From: Promethearchaeia archaeon
Lineage (GTDB): Archaea > Asgardarchaeota > Lokiarchaeia > Sigyniarchaeales > SOKP01
NCBI GenBank assembly: GCA_046497275.1
Contig: JAWOFX010000021.1
Coordinates: forward strand, 1-5,847
Reading direction: 5' to 3'
DNA: 5,847 nucleotides
The translations under genes and the position numbers were made by a program. Shown here one piece after another: positions 1 through 5,846 of this stretch (positions within the stretch are counted from its first letter, which is position 1; the number at the start of each line of letters is the position of its first letter). The notes under the pieces are model-generated. The model saw only the letters and a list, made by a program, of their open reading frames with translations, made no database searches and had not been told where the DNA came from.

Positions 1-303
1 GGTTTAAATCATATATTATCTGAATTTATCAATAAAGAAGACCAAATCGATTCTTTACAAACTAAAAATGCTGAAATCGTTGTGAATTATAATAATGATT
101 TGGGTTTTGCTGTGTTGGCGATAATGAATCAGACAAACAGTTTTATAAATCAATGTTTAGAAAATTTAACTCAAAAGTTCAAAGAGAAATATCAGAATGA
201 ATTAAATGAAATAGAAGATATTAACAAAATAATTAATGTTTCTGAATTCGAGGAAACCAACAAAATTATTGAAGAATATTTTAAAATTTTTATAAAAGAT
301 TGA
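1..303 (+). CDS. 3' part of a protein ending in a probable longin-like domain (5'-truncated by the window edge)
   Basis: Frame 1 is open from base 1 (GLNHILSEFINKEDQIDSLQTKNAEIVVNYNNDLGFAVLAIM...) to TGA 301-303, so the GTG at 82 is probably internal. The helix / three short beta strands / long helix with F-x3-Y (KFKEKY) / terminal F-x6-I-x3-F (FEETNKIIEEYF) pattern resembles Asgard longin-like domains. CDS status is well supported; the domain call is pattern-based. Confidence 0.6.
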   Translation, partial: GLNHILSEFINKEDQIDSLQTKNAEIVVNYNNDLGFAVLAIMNQTNSFINQCLENLTQKFKEKYQNELNEIEDINKIINVSEFEETNKIIEEYFKIFIKD

Positions 304-508
304 TTACCAATTTTCCTTATTTTTTAATAATTTGTAATTATAAGAATCTACTAAAGCATCCCAAGAGGCGACTCTCGCAAATATAAATATTCTTCTTTTC
401 CAATTTTGTAACCTATTTTATTTTGTTATTTGATTTAATACATCAAAATCTTTAAAATCCAATAATTGTTTAAACATAATTAGAATAAATTAAATTCATC
501 ATAAAAAA

Positions 509-1117
509 ATGTCTGAAGATTTGAAATTTTGTCCAAAATGTGGTGCTAAAATTGATGACCAAAATGATGACTTATGTAAAGTATGTGGAGCTGAACTGCG
601 TGGTCAACAAAAAGAATCAGCTCCTTCACCAATTAGAATAGAAAAAAAAATTGAACCTGCAGTTAAATTACAACCAAATTATGCGAGTTTTGGTGAGAGG
701 CTAATAGCGTTTATATTGGACATAATAATAATTAGTATTATATCACAATTGATGTTTTATCTCATAAATTTACCCATTTTTTTGCTAGATCCAATAGAAT
801 TTGCTTTTAAATTTCAAAATTTATGGAGTTCTTCCTTTTTGATTTGGGGAATTGGATTTCTCTATTATTGGCTTTTGGAAGCATATAATAAAGGACAAAC
901 ATTAGGTAAAATTGCATTAAAATTAAGAACTGTGGATGCTGATACATTGGAGATTGCTCAACCTGTAAATTATGCAATTAATAACCTTGCTAAACCTTCA
1001 CCTTTTTTAATTTTAGACTTATTAATTGGAATTTTTATAAGTGACGGGGATCTTAAAAACAGAATAAGAGTTCTTCAAAATTTATCAAATACAGTAGTAA
1101 TATCTACTAAAAAATAA
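509..1117 (+). CDS. Zinc-ribbon + RDD-family membrane protein (202 aa)
   Basis: N-terminal FCPKCG-x10-CKVCG zinc ribbon and a Pro-rich linker are followed by RDD hallmarks: YASFGERLIAFILD, hydrophobic TM segments, GQTLGKIALKLRTV and C-terminal NTVVI. Confidence 0.9.
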   Translation: MSEDLKFCPKCGAKIDDQNDDLCKVCGAELRGQQKESAPSPIRIEKKIEPAVKLQPNYASFGERLIAFILDIIIISIISQLMFYLINLPIFLLDPIEFAFKFQNLWSSSFLIWGIGFLYYWLLEAYNKGQTLGKIALKLRTVDADTLEIAQPVNYAINNLAKPSPFLILDLLIGIFISDGDLKNRIRVLQNLSNTVVISTKK

Positions 1118-1165
1118 AGATGATGGTTCTATTATAATTTGAATCAACATCTCTTTTTTTATTTT
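1118..1165 (+). terminator. Stem-loop plus T-tract directly after the RDD stop; probable terminator
   Basis: AGATGATGGTTC (1118-1129) pairs with GAATCAACATCT (1141-1152) with one mismatch and one G-U pair around an 11-nt loop. It is followed by CTTTTTTTATTTT (1153-1165). Confidence 0.55.
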
Positions 1166-1232
1166 ATAACCTTAATGAATATCAAAAAGATTTTTTAAGG
1201 CTTATTACCTTCAAATTAATGAATATTAAAAA
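1164..1232 (+). repeat. Imperfect direct repeat covering the start of the 84-aa ORF
   Basis: TTAATGAATATCAAAAA (1172-1188) matches TTAATGAATATTAAAAA (1216-1232) at 16/17. Upstream of each, TTATAACCT (1164-1172) matches TTATTACCT (1202-1210) at 8/9. Confidence 0.55.
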
Positions 1233-1473
1233 TATAAAATACTTGGAGGGAATTATCATACAAAATCAACAATCAGTTGAGGATAAAGAATGGGCAAATG
1301 ATTGGAAGACCATTGTTGATATATTTAACTTAATTGATAAGTTAAAACAAAAGCTTCAGCGGTTGGATGTTTCTTATCTACGTGAATTACAGCAAGAGAT
1401 TCTAATCCTCAATATAGAGAAATATGCGTGGTCTTTACAGAATTATATAATAGAGAAGTATTCTAAACAATAA
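1219..1473 (+). CDS. Hypothetical alpha-helical protein (84 aa)
   Basis: ATG start, protein-like composition with three Trp, and amphipathic helical periodicity (WANDWKTIVDIFNLIDKLKQKLQRLDVSYLRELQQEILILNIEKYAWSLQNYIIEKY). It fills the gap and converges on the gelsolin gene with a 10-nt spacer. Confidence 0.75.
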   Translation: MNIKNIKYLEGIIIQNQQSVEDKEWANDWKTIVDIFNLIDKLKQKLQRLDVSYLRELQQEILILNIEKYAWSLQNYIIEKYSKQ

Positions 1474-1483
1474 TCAAATTTAT

Positions 1484-2257
1484 TTATCTTATAGCCTTTT
1501 CTTTCTTTTCAGAATTACTTATATTCTTCTCTTCTATTTCTGATTCTTGGATAATTTTAGCCTTACCATCTTTTTCTTTCAACAATTCAGTGAGAATTAC
1601 ATTATTAAAAGACAATAGCATACGAGGGATATAACCTTTCGCTAAATAATTTCCATCTTCTATATCATTTTCCAGAGGAAATAATTGTTTTTCTTTTATA
1701 CTCGTTCCCATGTAATCTCTTTCATATTCTTTATATCCGAAAATTTTATTTTTTACAATAACCATTTTCCTTTCGAAGCCTTCCGGCAGTCCCACCTTTT
1801 CTAATAATAAGAGAATTTTTTCCCGAGAAAGTGAATCGAGTAACTCGAGATCCTCTTCAGTCCCTTCATAAGAAGGACCCTCTTGAATTGTTTCATAATC
1901 TATCTCCTCCTCTAGACCTGCCATAATCTTGAAAGCCATAGTTTCATCTCCCTCATCTACAGCAGTGATTTTATAAGAGATTCCAAATTCGTCTCTTATT
2001 TTGGGCGCAATTTTTGCGGCAATAAATTTCATTCGGGTGGTGACATTATTTCCATGCCATACCCAGACTCTATACCTTTTGGGATCCACAAATAAAAGAA
2101 CAAAATCAGAATCTAATACTTCATATAACTCCAAATCTTCTTCAAATTGTAATTCTTGGAATTCTTGAAGCTCATCATTAAATTGAAAAAGAATAGGTTT
2201 TTCTTCCACTATCTTTGGAATTTCTCCCTTTTCAGAATCATCTCGCTTATCTGACAT
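1484..2257 (-). CDS. Gelsolin-domain protein with a second domain (Asgard 1DGelX-like actin regulator)
   Basis: Residues ~25-119 of the listed ORF carry the gelsolin repeat pattern: LDSDFVLLFVD...VWVWHG...KFIAAKIAPKIRD...ITAVDEGDETMAF (compare LxSxDxFILD...WxG...VxEGxExxxF). A second domain follows (LPEGFERKMVIV...YMG...LFPL...DG...YIPRMLL...VILTELL), which I recognise as resembling Asgard domain X. The ORF track starts at 2269. The ATG at 2257 (MSDKR) is preferred because TTTAAAAA lies 28 nt upstream. Confidence 0.85.
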   Translation of the reverse strand: MSDKRDDSEKGEIPKIVEEKPILFQFNDELQEFQELQFEEDLELYEVLDSDFVLLFVDPKRYRVWVWHGNNVTTRMKFIAAKIAPKIRDEFGISYKITAVDEGDETMAFKIMAGLEEEIDYETIQEGPSYEGTEEDLELLDSLSREKILLLLEKVGLPEGFERKMVIVKNKIFGYKEYERDYMGTSIKEKQLFPLENDIEDGNYLAKGYIPRMLLSFNNVILTELLKEKDGKAKIIQESEIEEKNISNSEKKEKAIR

Positions 2258-2284
2258 CTTATAGATCATATATAATTTTTCAAA

Positions 2285-2292
2285 TTTTTAAA
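2285..2292 (-). promoter_or_regulatory. Putative TATA box for the gelsolin gene
   Basis: TTTAAAAA on the - strand, 28 nt upstream of ATG 2257, fits a near-leaderless archaeal promoter. The region is very AT-rich, so specificity is low. Confidence 0.3.
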
Positions 2293-2429
2293 TATTATCT
2301 GAATAATAAATTTTAAAGGATCAATTAGGAATATAGATTTAAAAAAACTGAAATTAATCATTAGATATATTAATAGGATAATATGGATTATTCTCATTCA
2401 AAAATGAATAGTAATGGTTTAAAATAAAA

Positions 2430-2514
2430 TGCGGGAAGGGAGATTTGAACTCCCGAACCCCTACGGGACTGGATTCTGAGTCCAGCGCCTTTGGCCAAGC
2501 TTGGCAATTCCCGC
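2430..2514 (-). tRNA. trnL: tRNA-Leu(CAG), intron-less, type II (long variable arm), CCA not encoded
   Basis: Reverse complement is GCGGGAA TT GCCAAGCTTGGCCAAAGGC G CTGGA CTCAGAA TCCAG TCCCGTAGGGGTTC GGGAG TTCAAAT CTCCC TTCCCGC A. It has a perfect 7-bp acceptor stem, anticodon CAG (2476-2478), T-loop TTCAAAT and discriminator A, followed by TTTTATTTT. Confidence 0.98.
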
Positions 2515-2545
2515 GAGATTTTTATATCCTTCTGATAATGGTTTG

Positions 2546-2553
2546 ATATAAAA
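2546..2553 (-). promoter_or_regulatory. Putative TATA box of tRNA-Leu
   Basis: TTTTATAT on the - strand about 32 nt upstream of the mature tRNA 5' end, consistent with a short 5' leader. Confidence 0.35.
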
Positions 2554-2630
2554 TATTAAAAATCCTAAAAAAAACTTAGTGGTTTTGTTAAGATATGAAA
2601 AAAAGAGAATGTCTTTTGGAGTGAAATTAT

Positions 2631-4787
2631 TTAACTAATTTTCAATTTCTCATTACATTTTGGACAATATAAAGGCAATTCTTCATCACACGGCAGCTGG
2701 TCATGATTAATTAATTTTCTCCAACAAACAAGTTTATCATCTATTTTTATCATATCTCTTCCATGATGCTGGGGTAATATTCTTTTAGTTGCACAATTTT
2801 CACAAATGATCATTTTCATATCATTTTCTAATTCTTTAGTGGTAATATTTTGGAATTTTGATTTATATCTCATAATTCGCATTCCATTAAGCAAAACTAA
2901 TAATGAAACTCCCATATCACCTATCCCGACGGCTAAAAATAAGTTCATAAAACCCAAAACAGTTAAGATTGCGAAAGATAATTTGATTATAATAGAGGTC
3001 CAAATGTTCTGTTTAATAATCTTGTTTGTTTTTTTTGTAATATCAATATAGGTCAATAATTTAGTGAGATCATCATTCATTATAACAATATCCGCAGTTT
3101 GCAATGTAAGATCTGTAGCGGAAGCGCCAATAGCTATACCTAAATCAGCTGAGGCTAAAGCTGGAGCATCATTTATTCCGTCCCCTACCATTGCGACTCC
3201 ATTGGAAATATTCTTAATGTACCTAATTTTTTCTATTTTTTGGTTAGGAAGTAGATTACCTTTTATATCATCTATATCTAAACAACCACCCACAGTATCA
3301 CAAGCTAACTGAGTATCACCTGAAATTAGGCTTGTGCTATATCCTCTTTTTTTAAGTCCATTTATTAGAATAGGAGCTGAGACTCTCAAGACATCTCTTA
3401 TACTAATTAAACCTAGTATTTTTTTATAACTCCCAATTAGAACAGGGACTGTGCCAGTTTCCTTTATTTCATTTAAATCTTTTTGAGGCAAATCTATTCC
3501 TTGTTCTTTAAAAAATCTTTCATTTCCAACAAGGAAGATCTCATTATTTATTTTTCCTTTTATTCCTTTTCCTTTTTCAATTTCAAATTGATCAACCTCA
3601 TAGAACTCTATTCTTGAATCTTTGGCGAAACTGACTATTGCTTGTCCAATAGGATGTTCAGATAATCTTTCTAAACTCGCAGCTATCCTCAAGAGTTCCT
3701 CTCTATTAAGTTCATAAGGAATAATATTATAAACCTTAAGATTTCCTTCGGTTAAGGTTCCTGTTTTATCAAATACGAATGTTTCGATATCATTGACTAA
3801 TTCAATAAAACGATTGCCTTTAACTAATATCCCTTCTCTGGCTAATTTGGTCAAACTTACGACATTTGCTAAGGGAGTTGATAAGGTTAATGCACAAGGG
3901 CACGAAACAACTAACAATATTAAGCCTCGATAAAACCAATCAACAAAATCAAAACCAAAAAATAAAGGAGGAATAATCATAACTAAAATTGCTGTTAAAA
4001 GAATGCTCGGAGTATAATATCTAGCAAATTTTTCTATGAATTTTTCTTTTTTGCTTTTATTTTGTTGGGCGTATTCTATACTTTTAGCGATTTGTGCAAT
4101 AATAGTGTCTTTTGATTCTCTTATTACTTCAATATCGACAAAACCCTCAGAATTAATGCTACCCGCAAAGACTTCATCTCCTTTTTTCTTGAATACTGGA
4201 ATTGATTCTCCTGTTATTGCACTCTCATCAAAATAGGATTCTCCTCTAATAATAATTCCATCTAAAGGAATTTTCATAGCGGGTCTAATTCCTATTATTT
4301 CACCCCTAGAAATCTCCTCTGATGGAACACTTTTATATTCTCCTCTAATTTTTAATAACGCCTCATCTGGAGCAAGTTCTAGTAACTCTTTGATGGCATC
4401 ACGGGATTTTTCTGTTGTTATTTCTTCTAAATGTTCTGCTATTGCGTACAGTAATATGGCAGTAGCGCCTTCTTGCCCATGAAAAATAAAGAAAGAAGCT
4501 ACTGCCGCAATTACCATTAATAAATTTGCGGTGATTTTTTTATTTTTAATATTTTCCAAAGTCTCTTCCAAAACTTCATAGCTAGAAAAAAATATAGAGA
4601 AGATTGCTAGAATCTGACTAATAATAATGAAATGAAATAAAAAATCTAATAAGATTGAAATAAGAATAAGAATACCTGAAAAAAGAATGAAATACCAAAA
4701 ATAGTCCTCAAAAAATGATTCATCATGTATCCCCTCCTCAATTGTACACACTGAACCATTATCACAAGAACATTTACGTATACTCAT
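2631..4787 (-). CDS. zntA: P1B-2 heavy-metal (Zn/Cd/Pb) P-type ATPase, ZntA/CadA type, with a C-terminal Cys/His domain
   Basis: Motifs present: TGES actuator, SCPCAL transmembrane metal site, phosphorylation motif DKTGT, SEHP and GDGINDAP. N-x7-K (NIWTSIIIK) and D-x-G (GDMG) in the last TM helices are the P1B-2 signatures. The YN and MxxSS residues typical of Cu+ ATPases are absent. Confidence 0.95.
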   Translation of the reverse strand: MSIRKCSCDNGSVCTIEEGIHDESFFEDYFWYFILFSGILILISILLDFLFHFIIISQILAIFSIFFSSYEVLEETLENIKNKKITANLLMVIAAVASFFIFHGQEGATAILLYAIAEHLEEITTEKSRDAIKELLELAPDEALLKIRGEYKSVPSEEISRGEIIGIRPAMKIPLDGIIIRGESYFDESAITGESIPVFKKKGDEVFAGSINSEGFVDIEVIRESKDTIIAQIAKSIEYAQQNKSKKEKFIEKFARYYTPSILLTAILVMIIPPLFFGFDFVDWFYRGLILLVVSCPCALTLSTPLANVVSLTKLAREGILVKGNRFIELVNDIETFVFDKTGTLTEGNLKVYNIIPYELNREELLRIAASLERLSEHPIGQAIVSFAKDSRIEFYEVDQFEIEKGKGIKGKINNEIFLVGNERFFKEQGIDLPQKDLNEIKETGTVPVLIGSYKKILGLISIRDVLRVSAPILINGLKKRGYSTSLISGDTQLACDTVGGCLDIDDIKGNLLPNQKIEKIRYIKNISNGVAMVGDGINDAPALASADLGIAIGASATDLTLQTADIVIMNDDLTKLLTYIDITKKTNKIIKQNIWTSIIIKLSFAILTVLGFMNLFLAVGIGDMGVSLLVLLNGMRIMRYKSKFQNITTKELENDMKMIICENCATKRILPQHHGRDMIKIDDKLVCWRKLINHDQLPCDEELPLYCPKCNEKLKIS

Positions 4788-4835
4788 CTTCTCGTACTTA
4801 TTAACTCAACAAAATTATAAAATGAAATCTTTATT

Positions 4836-4843
4836 TTATATAA
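4836..4843 (-). promoter_or_regulatory. Putative TATA box of the ATPase gene
   Basis: TTATATAA preceded on the - strand by purine-rich AATAAGA (BRE-like), about 50 nt upstream of ATG 4787. An alternative TTTTATAA at 4815-4822 would give a leaderless mRNA. Confidence 0.35.
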
Positions 4844-4858
4844 TCTTATTTACGTTTT

Positions 4859-4879
4859 TGATGTAGAATTTACACATCA
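4859..4879. promoter_or_regulatory. Inverted repeat upstream of the ATPase; candidate operator
   Basis: TGATGT-N9-ACATCA (4859-4879) with an overlapping TGTA-N5-TACA (4862-4874). Confidence 0.35.
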
Positions 4880-4970
4880 TTTCAAAGATCTCTTTTTTTT
4901 TATAAATATAAATTGAAAATAGAGAGTAGACTTATAAATTAAGAAATAAATATCCTTTAGATTAATTTTA

Positions 4971-5846
4971 CTACTTAATAATATATTTTAACTTAGGACC
5001 TTCCTCCTGGTCCAAATTTAAATCCTTTCTAATCGCTCTCCGAATTAAATATCCTCCCACATGTAATATGGAGTCTTTTAATATAGGATCTTGGTCCATA
5101 GATGCATTGCAAGGATATGCGTGATGAGCAGAACTGATTCTTTCATTAAGTGATTTGCGACCTGCCTTACCATTTTCAAGATATTTCCCTTTTAATTGTT
5201 GTAAAATATAATAAGTAGAACCACATGGAGCACTTCTTACTACCTCTACATCTTCAATTGCTTTACCAGTTTTATCCAATTTAATAGAAACAATAGGCTT
5301 TCCAATCTGAAAATATTTTACAAATTGTTTAATATAGTTATGTTCATGTGTTAGATTAAAACCTACTTTATTATATTCATCTTCTTTAACATTTAAAGAA
5401 CAAAATGGTTTTGGAAATGCCGCTTGGATCCCAACATCTTCGAAAGCTTCCAGAACTTGTTTCTGTAACCCCGCTGGAACCCATTTTGGATCTTCAATTG
5501 GTACTATTACAGCTTTTATTTCCGAATCTTTTAATAATTCTGGTAGACCAGATAATAAATCTTCATGGATTCCAATAACTAATAAGTAGTCTATAGGGGG
5601 TATGTTTTTAGGAAGATATTGCATAGGATCATCAATAAATTGAGGGACATTCTTTCCAACCTGTTCAAAATAATAAATATAATTTGAATAACTTTTCAAA
5701 TCTCTTCTACATTCATCGCATTTGACTTTTTGTTCTAATTCTTCACAAGCTGTGCAAAATTCTTCATTGTTGATCAAATGTCCTACAAATTTATCTGTTA
5801 GCATTATGGTATCTGGATCTATACCGTAAATTATCCCGATCCTATT
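4971..5846 (-). CDS. DUF166-family protein (5'-truncated by the window edge)
   Basis: Family motifs FPKPFCSL, VRSAPCGST, HHAYPCNASM and ILHVGGY are present. The frame stays open upstream of the ATG at 5804 to the window end (NRIGIIYGIDPDTI-MLTDKF), and that stretch resembles the family's first beta strand, so the real start lies outside the window. Confidence 0.88.
   Translation of the reverse strand, partial: NRIGIIYGIDPDTIMLTDKFVGHLINNEEFCTACEELEQKVKCDECRRDLKSYSNYIYYFEQVGKNVPQFIDDPMQYLPKNIPPIDYLLVIGIHEDLLSGLPELLKDSEIKAVIVPIEDPKWVPAGLQKQVLEAFEDVGIQAAFPKPFCSLNVKEDEYNKVGFNLTHEHNYIKQFVKYFQIGKPIVSIKLDKTGKAIEDVEVVRSAPCGSTYYILQQLKGKYLENGKAGRKSLNERISSAHHAYPCNASMDQDPILKDSILHVGGYLIRRAIRKDLNLDQEEGPKLKYIIK

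Noticed and set aside
82-84. GTG start of the 73-aa ORF in the track
   Set aside because: The frame is open and protein-like from base 1, so the gene starts upstream of the window.
418-420. Recoding (Sec/Pyl) at the internal stop of the antisense frame
   Set aside because: The codon is TAA, not TGA or TAG, and no SECIS-like element is evident.
429-476. Dyads TTTGAT-N7-ATCAAA (429-447) and TGTTTAAACA (467-476) upstream of the RDD gene
   Set aside because: Short AT-rich dyads expected by chance. The partial similarity to the 4859-4879 dyad has a different spacer, so I do not claim a shared operator.
2494-2505. Perfect 12-bp palindrome GCCAAGCTTGGC
   Set aside because: It lies within the tRNA-Leu D-arm and needs no separate explanation.
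2430-2514. tRNA as an integration site of a genomic island
   Set aside because: I found no duplicate of the tRNA 3' end, integrase or transposase in the window, and the gene 3' of the tRNA is a typical chromosomal Asgard gene. An element extending beyond the window cannot be excluded.
2806-3051. 81-aa + strand ORF
   Set aside because: Entirely antisense to the ATPase, with composition typical of a reverse-strand shadow.
3064-3312. 82-aa + strand ORF
   Set aside because: Antisense shadow of the conserved ATPase P-domain (GDGINDAP region).
4036-4236. 66-aa + strand ORF
   Set aside because: Antisense shadow of the ATPase actuator domain.
2631-4787. Copper ATPase (CopA) assignment
   Set aside because: The last TM helices carry N-x7-K and DxG (P1B-2), not the YN and MxxSS signatures of Cu+ pumps.
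5802-5804. ATG start of the 277-aa ORF in the track
   Set aside because: The frame continues without a stop to the window edge and encodes a plausible first beta strand (RIGIIYG).
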